A DNA stretch of 63,745 nt, filler included, from Octopus bimaculoides (taxonomy: Eukaryota), in the NCBI RefSeq assembly GCF_001194135.2. It is 6 parts of 6 records of this genome, joined end to end, with 100 filler letters (N's around TTAATTAATTAA, not from the genome) between each part and the next. Parts side by side here need not be neighbours in the genome. Positions count along the whole stretch, not along the records: positions 11,132 to 40,878 come from NC_068981.1; 5 more parts are not named here. One strand, 5' to 3'. How positions within the stretch are numbered: position 1 is the stretch's first letter; every line of letters starts with the position of its first letter. The notes beneath the pieces were generated by a model. It saw nothing but the letters and a program-made list of their open reading frames with translations. It was not told the DNA's origin and made no database searches. A program made the position numbers and the translations under genes. Shown one piece after another: positions 12,830-25,013 of the stretch.

Positions 12830-13040
12830 ATGATGTTACCTCACTACTTCCACTCGTGATCAGAGATGCACATATCGTCAGCCACTAAGGGACATGCTCA
12901 ACTGGTTAAAATCGAGCAACTGACAAAAAAAATCTGTGGTATTTGCTGTAGCCCATCTTTTACACCAAGACAAAACAATGTACATGATGACACTTCCAGT
13001 CAGTTAAGATAAGAAGCCATGTGAGCCACTGACTGGTACT
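12830..13040. repeat. Unclassified interspersed repeat
   Basis: Complex, non-coding stretch between SINE pieces that I recall as a recurrent octopus repeat; not verified within the window. Confidence 0.3.
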
Positions 13041-13131
13041 GCATCAGGGCATTTGATGCCGAAATATCATTCACTTGATAACAATGGCACTCTTCCTTTT
13101 TTTTGCTTCTGTATACCTACTGGAGAAGTTA

Positions 13132-13260
13132 CCTTCTTCTTCTTCTTCTTCTTCTTCTTCTTCTTCTTCTTCTTCTTCTTCTTCTTCTTCTTCTTCTTCT
13201 TCTTCTTCTTCTTCTTCTTCTTCTTCTTCTTCTTCTTCTTCTTCTTCTTCTTCTTCTTCT
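13132..13260. repeat. (CTT)n microsatellite
   Basis: About 43 perfect units. Confidence 0.95.
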
Positions 13261-13462
13261 TGGCAGAATCTTTAGTACGCCGGGCAAAATGCTTAAAGGT
13301 ATTTCTTCTGTCTTTGTGTTCTGAGCTCAAATACCGCCGAGGTCGACCTTGCCTTTCATCCTGTCGAGATCGATAAAATAAGTACCAGTTGAGTCCTGGG
13401 GTCGATATAAACGACTAGCCCTATCCCCCAAAATTTCAGGCTTTGTGTCTATAGTAGAAATA
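13261..13462 (+). mobile_element. tRNA-derived SINE, group B
   Basis: tggcagaat...ttctgagctcaaat (B-box-like), conserved middle gtcgaccttgcctttcatcct...gataaaataagtaccagt, tail ccccaaaatttcaggc...tagtagaaa. Confidence 0.8.
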
Positions 13463-13469
13463 ATTATTT

Positions 13470-13735
13470 TTATTATTATTTTCTCTTTATCACAGCTTTT
13501 CTTGGAGCTCCTGGAGTCTTGCATGTATAGCGGGCTTACTATCTTCAGCCTACGGTACCATGCTGTTCGTTCTTTTCAGCTAATACTTTCCTGATTATTC
13601 TGACCGTGCCAAGGAAGCAAGCTTTTTTTGTAACAGTTCTACTGGGTACTCTATTCCAATTTCCTTTATATTCCTCTTGATGCATTCTGATACTGTTCCC
13701 AAGGACCCAACAGTATCAAAAGGCATAAAGAGGAC
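13470..13735 (-). mobile_element. R4/Dong-like element, 5'-truncated 3' end
   Basis: Minus strand VGSLGTVSECIKRNIKEIGIEYPVELLQKKACFLGTVRIIRKVL plus 3' UTR; (TTA)n 13736-13816 lies on its 5' side and a short ttattatt run on its 3' side. Confidence 0.8.
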
Positions 13736-13737
13736 TA

Positions 13738-13815
<78 letters not shown>

Positions 13816-14369
13816 CAATAGCTTGTTTGCTAAGCGATTGGCCTTAATTATTACTTCAGGACGTTCAAGAGTTGAAGATTGGGATATCAGTACGATTTTT
13901 ATACAGTTAATGTATTTGGAATTCCGCAAGTTAGTTGCCGAAGAGAATTAAGAGTTATGTAGTTTGAGAGAAGAGACAGTAAACAACATAAAGATTTTGC
14001 TATGGCTTATTAAATAAGATGTAAATGTAATACTTTTTGGTTAAACTGACAATAACATGTATCCTGTCAATAATGACGTGTTCTGTTTCTTAGTATATCG
14101 TCTGCTGTTTTATTCAATGAAGCATTATGAGAAGCCCAAGTAATAGTAGACGGATGTAAGATTAATTTATGGAAAAGTCCTACCGCTGCACCAGTTATTA
14201 TGTTCCATATAAGGTAAAACAGTTTTATGTACGTGCTTCAGTGTGCTTGTGTATATCCTTTAAGCTACAGAACGCATTTGAGGAAAATGTAGAGTAGGAA
14301 TACTGGAAACGATCACAGCAACTGCTCCATTAGAAAAGACACATTTTGAACAATTTACTACTCTTATTT

Positions 14370-14510
14370 TTTTTTATTATGCGCCCTTTTAAAGCCTAGT
14401 CAGGCTCATGGGACCGGTTTCCCGGTTTCTATGACGTATGTGTTCCCACCAGCTGGATGGGACGCCGGTCCATCGCAGCGTTACTCAAGAAACAGGAAGA
14501 AAGAGTGAAT
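14370..14510 (-). mobile_element. SINE fragment sharing the group A middle segment
   Basis: gaaacaggaagaaagagtga matches 45783-45802; the adjoining ccagctggatgggacgccggtccatcgcagcgttactc is SINE-like. Confidence 0.45.
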
Positions 14511-15461
14511 ACTCTTAAACTGATTGCCAAACACAATCAGTAAGGTTACCATCATAACCAGCCAAGACCACTACCAACGCAAACAACACCCCTCCATCAG
14601 AAACATAACGAAAACGAACACGACCTCTAATGTAGCAAACACAACCACCACCACAAATACCACTACCGCCACTACAACGTAGACTATCACCGCCACCACT
14701 CCCAGCACGACAATCACAACCAAAATAACTACCGTCGCCATCAGTAAACAAATACAATCGCCAAGGCAACCAGTATCCTAATTAAGATAACTACCACAAC
14801 AACCACCAACACCCTAACAAACACAACCACTCAGATCACTACCACCACCACCACCACCACCACCACCACCACCGCCAACACNNNNNNNNNNNNNNNNNNN
14901 NNNNNNNNNNNNNNNNNNNNNNNNNNNNNNNNNNNNNNNNNNNNNNNNNNNNNNNNNNNNNNNNNNNNNNNNNNNNNNNNNNNNNNNNNNNNNNNNNNNN
15001 NNNNNNNNNNNNNNNNNNNNNNNNNNNNNNNNNNNNNNNNNNNNNNNNNNNNNNNNNNNNNNNNNNNNNNNNNNNNNNNNNNNNNNNNNNNNNNNNNNNN
15101 NNNNNNNNNNNNNNNNNNNNNNNNNNNNNNNNNNNNNNNNNNNNNNNNNNNNNNNNNNNNNNNNNNNNNNNNNNNNNNNNNNNNNNNNNNNNNNNNNNNN
15201 NNNNNNNNNNNNNNNNNNNNNNNNNNNNNNNATAGAACGTCAAAAGAGAAATAAACTATTTTACTGGAGAAAATATTGATTTGAAGTTTAAATAAACAAA
15301 TTAGCAAAACCAGAATTTACGAGAATCGAATAAGTTGCAAACTGAAATTTACACCGCACCAATGTACATAACACATACATACATACATACATACATACAT
15401 ACATACATACAGCAGGTGGCTGGACAAAATTTATTGTAAATTAAAAAGAGAATGAAAACAC

Positions 15462-15533
<72 letters not shown>

Positions 15534-15729
15534 TGTGCATCTACGTGTTTATACGTGTGTGTGCTTGTGTATGTGTTTACATGTGTGTGTGTGATTGTGT
15601 GTGTATTTATATGTGTATGTGCTTATGTGATGTTATTGGAATGGTCTCACATTTTGCTTGCAAATTTAAATGAACGAAAGAAACGAATATCAGATCAGTT
15701 GATGTGGCGGAAACGTTTTGAGCAAGCAG

Positions 15730-15945
15730 CCTCGTTAGAACGTCGGACAAAATAATTAGCGGCTTATTTTTCTGACTCGTTACGTTACGTTCTGAGTTGA
15801 AATTCTGCCGATGCTGACTTTGCTTTTCATCCTCTCGGTATAGATGAAATAAGTACCAGTCATGTACTGGGGACGATGTAATCGTCTTGCCTGCTCGCCC
15901 CCGCCCCAAATTTCCAGCCGTGTGCCAATAATAGAAAGAATAATT
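15730..15945 (+). mobile_element. SINE group B, diverged
   Basis: gttctgagttgaaattctgccga...tttgcttttcatcct...gatgaaataagtaccagt. Confidence 0.7.
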
Positions 15946-16094
15946 TTTATTAATAATGGTAGACTGCCAGTAAACAAAGAATGCGTGCGCGCGCGTTTGT
16001 AACTTTGTGCATTTTTATGCGTGTGTGTGTGTGTGTGTGTGTGTATGTATGCGTGTAAGCTTGTATTTCCTATGTGTAGATGTATATATATATG

Positions 16095-16148
<54 letters not shown>

Positions 16149-16156
16149 TATGTATG

Positions 16157-16204
<48 letters not shown>

Positions 16205-17556
16205 CAAGCATACATACATACAGGCATACATACATACATACATACATACATACATACATACATACATACATACATACATACATACATACCCTCAAATACG
16301 AATATACAGTAAAAGAAAAAAGGAGAACTTGAAACGTTTCTTAATACCGTCTCAGAATGTTATCCCCAATATTGAATATTGTGTCCAACTAAACTACCAT
16401 GTAAGAAAAGGAAGAAAACCAAATGGAATGTTAATTCTATTAAGCATCATGGATCAGATGAATGAATTAATTCCCTGTAAGAATAAGCATACGTTATAGC
16501 AATGTTAGAAATATAATATTCTTGCAGGTGAATGTCGAAGTGTATAATTAGATTGTATTGAATGGATTTATATTGCTTTAATTACACTTAATTATTATTA
16601 AAGTCCCAAGTCATGGCTCACAATCTTGTCAAGAAGTCTATAATTCCGTCATTTACGTCTCAAAGCTCATCACGCAATAACTTGCATTCCCATTTAAATT
16701 CACTTTGAATTTTGAATCTTTCTCAAATCCATAATTGAGATTTATTCAAAGTCAAAACTCAAAGATCATTTATCGTTTATCATTCCTATTTTGTCTGTAT
16801 TTCCATAATTTATACCTCAAACGTCTTAACTCAGAGGCCCAAATTTCACCAGCCACTCTCATATTCTGGATCAGACCTTAAAAATTAAACATCATTAGAA
16901 TTACAAAATCAAACAATGAAGATTATTATTTTTTCAATGTATATTTACAAAATTTCCATTTAGATTACATTATGCCTACATTTCAAAGATCCTTCAGCAA
17001 GCCTTCAATAGCATCAAAATACTGAAAACTGCATCTGTGTAATCCAATACATTTGCAGAAGGACTAAAATGTGCTCAAAATTCAAAATGGAGGATATAAC
17101 TGAACATATATGGTACGCAAAAGAAAGAGGCATGCTGCTGTGGAATGAATTTGTCATAATAGATTTTTAAAAATTCGGAAAAATGATATGTATATAAGCA
17201 CTTAAATATTACTGACGCAGTAATGAAAGCACTGACAGTTCAAAAGTGGATAAGAACTTTGTTTAGAAATAAAGGTTCCTACTTGGAAACCAGTCTAGGA
17301 AAATGTACAATACACACGAATTAAAACACCTGGTAAAGAACAGCTCTAATATTTCTTTTATATTAAATGATATCTAATAGACTACTTTCCAGATGTTATC
17401 ATTCAAGATTTACAGACATACAAGATTTTTTTTTACAAAACATTACTTCTTCGCAAATAAATTGGAGAAAATGCAAAAACTTCTTTCTGAAGATTATTTT
17501 ATTTTTTGCATCTTCTACCAATTCGTGTATTCACACGTCTCTGTTTCTATCACTCA

Positions 17557-17713
<157 letters not shown>

Positions 17714-17722
17714 CACTTCTAG

Positions 17723-17957
17723 GGCTGGAAGTCAAAATGCTACACATGCAGAACACACTACCGTAGTGGATTATAACGCACAAGAGAGCCCTCCACCGGC
17801 TTCTAACATCTCTGTCGTATTCACCCCAAAATGTACGGTAGCAGGAACAATAGCAATGGAATTCAGAGATAAAGCAGAAACTACAACTACAGTGACCACT
17901 CACGATGAGGTCCATGGGGAAGTACCCTCAAAAACAGACACGCAAGACAAAATTTAA
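17723..17957 (+). CDS. Candidate terminal coding exon of an unidentified gene
   Basis: Acceptor (CT)n-cacttctAG; open frame AGSQNATHAEHTTVVDYNAQESPPPASNISVVFTPKCTVAGTIAMEFRDKAETTTTVTTHDEVHGEVPSKTDTQDKI*; higher GC than flanks; no TE motif recognised. Confidence 0.5.
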
Positions 17958-18477
17958 TCAGACACAGATATAACCGTGAAACCTTCCAACTCCTTAAATG
18001 AAAAAAAAAATGATATTGGTAACAGCGAAGGTTAGAAAAATAACAAAAAAAAAAAAAAAAAAAAAAAAAAAAGGAGAGAGAGAACGAAAAAGTTGAACAG
18101 GAGCGGGATAAAAGAAATATGCAATCATACCTCCAAGGCCCATACATTTGAGAGATCGAAGTGTCACTAAAATAAAACACTAAAATAAAACAAAAGACAT
18201 TTCAAAAATAGTAGCACCAGCAACATTTATAATAACAATCGGAACAAATGGTGTTACAACTGTTGAGAAATTACATCGGTATTTTACTCGAAGCTTATGA
18301 CATTTGATATTTGTGGGTGAAGGTCATTTCGGAAGATCTTAGAGGAACAGTTCTAATGCCCCAGATTACGAAGAGTTAAAACAAGCACGGTAGGTTTTCT
18401 AATCTTTTCGCCTTTCGCAAGTCAATTTTGGAGTAGAATGCATAAATAGACATTCTCTGGTGTGGACACTGAAGGAA

Positions 18478-18705
18478 AGACATCTGCTGAACAATCTAAG
18501 GGAACTAAATTTAAATGTGATAGCCATCAATGAGACATAAATTCCTGAGACTATGATGTACGCCTCTTTCGGCCGACCCAAATAGAGTGGCGTGACAATG
18601 TTGGTGTAGAAAGGCACGAACCTCGAGGTATGAATGGTCTTCCTTGATCTGGATGGTAGCACCAGAAGGTGTGGTAGAACTTTCATGCAGGTGGCCGTTT
18701 ATAGT
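18478..18705 (+). mobile_element. AP-endonuclease relic of an L1/Tx1-like LINE
   Basis: One frame with stops: HLLNNLRELNLNVIAINET*...GRPK*SGVTMLV*KG...VFLDLDG...FMQVAVY, i.e. the xxET, GVxxL and VAVYAP motifs of APE domains. Confidence 0.65.
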
Positions 18706-19066
18706 TTGAAAGAAGCTCGTAGACTAGATTTCTTCAATAGTCTAAAGTTTTTAATTAGCTCATTTGTGGTAGTGAGCTATTGAAATGGCATTTTAAATAT
18801 ATGGAGAGCTCGTTCAGCAGTAGCCAATAAGGAAGGGGTGTGTAAAACTTTAGCAAATCCTTTTAAGTATTTGCAACGGCCTGACAGGTAACGATTAGAT
18901 TTCTCAAACACATTTCTCATCTTACTTAGACAAAAGTGTTAATAGGTTAACCAATAGGGATAATGTGAATTGCTCAGAATTTTAGCTATTTTCGCAACCA
19001 CAGATTCATGTCTTGCATAGACAATTTAAACAAGATTGATATACAGAGTCCTTATTAATGGGATCT

Positions 19067-19599
19067 GATGCATCTTTCCCAAGCACTAAAAAGTTTTAGT
19101 AATCAGATTAGCGAATTCGTTAANNNNNNNNNNNNNNNNNNNNNNNNNNNNNNNNNNNNNNNNNNNNNNNNNNNNNNNNNNNNNNNNNNNNNNNNNNNNN
19201 NNNNNNNNNNNNNNNNNNNNNNNNNNNNNNNNNNNNNNNNNNNNNNNNNNNNNNNNNNNNNNNNNNNNNNNNNNNNNNNNNNNNNNNNNNNNNNNNNNNN
19301 NNNNNNNNNNNNNNNNNNNNTACTCAAGGAGAAGTGATAAACAAGACAGTCATCGCCTACGGCGTGCTACAAGCACGCCGTAGGCGATGACTGTCTTGTT
19401 TATCACTTCTCCTTGAGTAGCTCCTTTTCAAATTTACTTTCCTGTATTACAACTTGCTCTTATAATTAAAGATTATGCTAAAATTTTCCTCTTTAATAAA
19501 ACCCACCACTTGAAATTAATAATGGCACCCATCAATCCCCGCTTAACGAATTCGCTAATCTGATTACTAAAACTTTTTAGTGCTTGGGAAAGATGCATC
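19067..19599. repeat. Long fold-back palindrome with 3-nt loop (centre 19370)
   Basis: 19321-19368 is the exact reverse complement of 19372-19419; 19067-19123 is the exact reverse complement of 19543-19599; the rest of the left arm is an N gap. Confidence 0.9.
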
Positions 19600-19629
19600 C
19601 TTGACTCTTTTCTCAGATTGAAACACAAA

Positions 19630-19900
19630 GGACGCGTTGTTCACGCTAGTAATCTGGTATTCTGTAGTTGTTCTTTTCGAATGTCGATCCTTATTTTTTT
19701 CATCCATTATTTTTTATCTTCAATTACGACTGGTACAATTCTAACAATTTTTCTTATGTTTCACACCTTTGCAAATTCTCTAAGATCCTGGTTTTTCTTA
19801 ACATTTCCCGGTCCCTTTACATTGACTATGGTCACCTGGAGAGGCTGTATTAGTTATTGTACAGTGTATTTCCACTTTTGTTTTGTTGACGGTAATAATA
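19630..19900 (-). mobile_element. R4/Dong-like RLE relic (old)
   Basis: Minus strand CTITNTASPGD...KNQDLREFAKV*NIRKIVRIVPVVIE...LQNTRLL. Confidence 0.6.
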
Positions 19901-20189
19901 TTTGGTCTTCTTGATTCCATCACCTGATCGCATTTAATACTGAAATCCTGCAACAATTTAACTTTATTTCCTTCCAACGCATTAAGTTAATGTTCGTATC
20001 ACCTACCACAACTGTGTAAATTGTATTTTTCACATAATTTCCTATGAAAAATGCGCGCAGTATTACCATGATTCCTTTTGTATTATCTATGTAACCTTAC
20101 TGCATTCGCTTGCTACGTTGTTAATGCTATAACATATTTTACGACAAAGTCTACATAATGGTGAGTTGACGTTCTTAACTTCATCAGGC

Positions 20190-20519
20190 AATTTTATTAT
20201 TATTTTATGTTTGACTTTTGTTTTGCATTTGTACAAGTTGGATCCAAGTCTCACCCAGAGACCTCAAGAGACAACAAGTTAGAAGTTCATGTAGGTGTTA
20301 TGCCTAGGGTACCATATATTTGGATTTGTACAGTTTTGTTCAAGTGAATGTTTAAGAAACCATAAGAAAATTATGTGTTTGCTTTAAAATTTGAGATCAC
20401 ATAGACAGTATTTTACGTAGGATATGGGCAGTTCCCATGAGCACTATCTTTTGAACTTCAGCCATTTTGGGGTTTCCTGGAATCTGATTTAGGTAGTAAT
20501 CAGCCCGTTTCGCTGTCAT
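20190..20519 (-). mobile_element. R4/Dong-like 3' end
   Basis: MTAKRADYYLNQIPGNPKMAEVQKIVLMGTAHILRKILSM* plus 3' UTR ending in aataataataa; the 5' part is in the N gap, beyond which lies (TTA/TCA)n. Confidence 0.8.
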
Positions 20520-21480
20520 NNNNNNNNNNNNNNNNNNNNNNNNNNNNNNNNNNNNNNNNNNNNNNNNNNNNNNNNNNNNNNNNNNNNNNNNNNNNNNNNN
20601 NNNNNNNNNNNNNNNNNNNNNNNNNNNNNNNNNNNNNNNNNNNNNNNNNNNNNNNNNNNNNNNNNNNNNNNNNNNNNNNNNNNNNNNNNNNNNNNNNNNN
20701 NNNNNNNNNNNNNNNNNNNNNNNNNNNNNNNNNNNNNNNNNNNNNNNNNNNNNNNNNNNNNNNNNNNNNNNNNNNNNNNNNNNNNNNNNNNNNNNNNNNN
20801 NNNNNNNNNNNNNNNNNNNNNNNNNNNNNNNNNNNNNNNNNNNNNNNNNNNNNNNNNNNNNNNNNNNNNNNNNNNNNNNNNNNNNNNNNNNNNNNNNNNN
20901 NNNNNNNNNNNNNNNNNNNNNNNNNNNNNNNNNNNNNNNNNNNNNNNNNNNNNNNNNNNNNNNNNNNNNNNNNNNNNNNNNNNNNNNNNNNNNNNNNNNN
21001 NNNNNNNNNNNNNNNNNNNNNNNNNNNNNNNNNNNNNNNNNNNNNNNNNNNNNNNNNNNNNNNNNNNNNNNNNNNNNNNNNNNNNNNNNNNNNNNNNNNN
21101 NNNNNNNNNNNNNNNNNNNNNNNNNNNNNNNNNNNNNNNNNNNNNNNNNNNNNNNNNNNNNNNNNNNNNNNNNNNNNNNNNNNNNNNNNNNNNNNNNNNN
21201 NNNNNNNNNNNNNNNNNNNNNNNNNNNNNNNNNNNNNNNNNNNNNNNNNNNNNNNNNNNNNNNNNNNNNNNNNNNNNNNNNNNNNNNNNNNNNNNNNNNN
21301 NNNNNNNNNNNNNNNNNNNNNNNNNNNNNNNNNNNNNNNNNNNNNNNNNNNNNNNNNNNNNNNNNNNNNNNNNNNNNNNNNNNNNNNNNNNNNNNNNNNN
21401 NNNNNNNNNNNNNNNNNNNNNNNNNNNNNNNNNNNNNNNNNNNNNNNNNNNNNNNNNNNNNNNNNNNNNNNNNNNNNNNN

Positions 21481-21667
<187 letters not shown>

Positions 21668-21789
21668 TTTGATATTCAACCTTTTGCAGTCGATAAAATA
21701 GAGTGACACTCAAAATACTAGGGTCCGAAAAATCGACTAACTATCCTCCTCAGAATTATTGAACTCGTATCTAATATATAAATAATGGT

Positions 21790-22570
21790 TTTTGATTTAG
21801 ATACAAGGCCAGCAATTTTAAATCGGAGGCGGTTAGTTGATACCATCACCTCCAGTAATTGGCGGAAACTTAAAATTTTGTCGATCTCGGAAGGATGAAA
21901 GACAAAATTTTATTCTGGATGGATAAAAAGCAAAATCTGAACTCGGACCGTAAAGTGGCTGAAAAAATACTACTGGAAATTTTTTCTGCAATATTGTAGA
22001 GAAACTTCATGGCATGTTTGTTGTCTCTAATGAATCTCCCAGCTCGCTGGCTTTTAATTTGGAGAAATTCCTTACTACTGTAGGTACAAGGACTGAAGTT
22101 TTGGATAAGAGGCTAGTCGATTAAATCGACACAACTGATATTTATTTTCTAGACTCCAGAAAGGATGAAAGACAAAGTCAACCTCAGCGGAATTTGAACT
22201 CAAGACGCAAAGATGTGTTTGTTCTAGGGTTACTACCGATTTTGCCAGCTCGTCACCTTTAATTTTGAAAGGATAATAATTGCAAATGTCGTTGTTGATT
22301 AGGAAAAAATTCAGCGGAATAGTAGAACGTTGGCCAAAATATCTTGTGATACATTTAAGACGGCGAGCTGGCAGAACTGTTAGTACGCATGGAGAAATGC
22401 TTAGCGGCGTTCTTCTTTACGTTCTGAGCTCAAATTAAGCCAGAGTCAGCTTTCCCTTTCATTCTTTCGGAATTGATAAAATAAGTATCCGTTGATCATT
22501 GGAGTCGATTTAATCAACTTAGCCCCTCTCCCAAATCTGTTGGCCTTGTACCAAAATTTGAAACCAATCA
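21790..22570. mobile_element. Cluster of three group B SINEs (two minus, one plus)
   Basis: Copies at about 21790-21990 (-), 22075-22260 (-) and 22355-22570 (+), each with the ggatgaaag.caaa / tttgaactc core. Confidence 0.75.
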
Positions 22571-23574
22571 GTAACGTTCCTTGAAATTCTGAGTTTCACT
22601 TCCTCTAAAATTGATTCTGGTTTGCCTCAAAACTTCCCACGGTAGAGAAAATAAAACCAGTAAATATCATTGCGTTTCGCTGAGAAGGTTCGATAAAACC
22701 GAAAGGTATTGCAGTGCTTATCAATGATCAAATTCCTCCCTATTTAATTTTTAAGCAATTTGAAAATCAGGATTTTTCTCTTGGCTTTTTTCATAAGCAT
22801 TAGTATTAACGCCAATGATTTTATTTTCATGTCAATTGTACACTTGAGCGATTAAAATTTTTTCTTGGCTGATTACATTAAGTACGTTAGTTTTCAGTGG
22901 ATGCATAAGAGAGTATTACATTGAAAATAAGATGTTTCTCCTTCACTCGCCATTAGTGAATGTGGCGTTCACCGGGAGGAATTGATGTCATCAAATGGTG
23001 TCCAGCAATATATTGAGTGTTTCGACCTTGAATTGTAATACATTGATAGATTGGCAGTAATGGCGAAATCATTCTTCATCATGTCCTCCTGACTTCCCGT
23101 TTAACGCCCCTCCCACTCGTTCTAAATTCCAGCAAGAAGTTCTTTCTGCTGTTGTCATCCTACACGCATACAACTTTCTCTTTTTTCCCAATATTCCCTA
23201 ATTTCTTTGTATTCGTCCTAAGTTTGAAATCATTAGCGTTCAATAAAAGAAATCCTTATTATTGGTTGAAGTAAAGGAATTGAAAGCAAGAGTAAAGTGA
23301 CAGCGTAGATGCAGTAAAACTTTGTCAAACAACATGAAAGAATCCAATATTTAGAGATGTGTGAAATAAAAATGTTGATTTAAATGTGATTCCCTTCTTG
23401 TCGATAAATTTGTTTTAACTTGAATCCTCTCTTTTTCTGTTTGTTTCTCTTCACCATCTTGTTTCCATTTGAATCCGTTTCTACGCTACAAACCTCCATG
23501 GCGTTACCTTTACTGCTTCTTTCTTTCTTTCGTTGATTTGCTGTTCATTATCTTGTTCATTAGTTATTTATTTT

Positions 23575-23633
<59 letters not shown>

Positions 23634-24813
23634 GTCTGTCTGTCTGTCTGTCTGTTCTAGCACAGCACACCGGTACTCTGTATCATTTTCTACCCCCTCT
23701 CCCCCTAATACAAGCGCGCGCGTGTTGCGTACGTATTTTTCTGTGTGCATAACTGTTAATCTCTCATTTCTTTTTCCAATACATTAACTTTACTCTGGTT
23801 TGTCTTGCTTATATTTGTTTTGTTTTAATAACCACATTAGTGAACTATTAATTGTAAACACCGCTCAGAAATTATCAACAAAATTTGTGTAACTATTTTG
23901 TTTGTAATTTTCGTTTTATTTTTCTTTCTCATGAGGGTGATATTACATAGCAATTCAATAACAATAACAAGAACAGCAACAATAATCATAATAATCGTCT
24001 TTTAGAGATCCTAGTGTGTTATACCTGCAGGCAAAGGGAAAGGATTAACAGGAAATTTCTTCAGTAAAACTTGAAAACATTAGATTAGCCTTTACCTTGC
24101 TACGGATTTAATATAAAACATGGCTGCCATGATTTTCAAACATGGGTGATGTGTTCATTTAGAAAGCAATATGCAATAGTAATGAATAAATATAATTAAA
24201 AAATCTAAGAAATAAATAATTTAGCAAAAAAAAAATATCCAATCAACTTTTCGATTTGAAGTTTCAAAAATTTATTCATCAATTCACATAAGATTTGCTT
24301 CTAGCATAAAAATAAAATATTAAACCATGAATCTAAATATATAAATAAAAGTAAAATTGGAGAGAAAACAAGGGAAGAAACTCCTTCACTTTCTACCTGT
24401 TTCATTCACTCTCGTTCTCTCTGTCACCATCTCAATTTCTCTCTCACTCTTTCTCTCTCTCTCTTGCTCTCTCCTGTTTACTATAAATTAACTATTTTCT
24501 CCAGTTTATTTCAGTTTTCCATCGAACATTTTTTAAAGATATTTATAACGTGTAAATGTGATATCCATAATTAGTAGGAGGTTTCTTTTCTTCTCCTTTT
24601 TACATATCTTTTGTTTAGCTTTGATCTCTTCTGCCGAAAAATATAATATAAAATAAGATAAAAATCGTTTTTCACCGCAACTCAATTATTAATACATCAT
24701 ATAACACAGTTTGAAAAGTAAAGATCATATAATCGAAAATCAAGACATCACATTAAATTTACACACCATCTCATCTGCCTCATTTATATACAGCACATTA
24801 GCAATATGATTGT

Positions 24814-24889
<76 letters not shown>

Positions 24890-24963
24890 TTCAATCGCTC
24901 CACTAAGACACATGTATGTTTCCATATTTCAAGCGTAAACACGCATGCATAAAAAATAATTTA

Positions 24964-25013
<50 letters not shown>

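Noticed and set aside
14515-14880. T/P-rich mucin-like reading
   Set aside because: Degenerate (ACC/ACA)n repeat with stops and no splice signals.
16951-17012. Short terminal-exon-like strings (also at about 50137 and 60919)
   Set aside because: An acceptor plus a short open frame is expected by chance in AT-rich DNA; no homology evidence.
22950-23170. GC-richer stretch that looked coding
   Set aside because: The frames I translated had stops or no recognisable motif; left unassigned.
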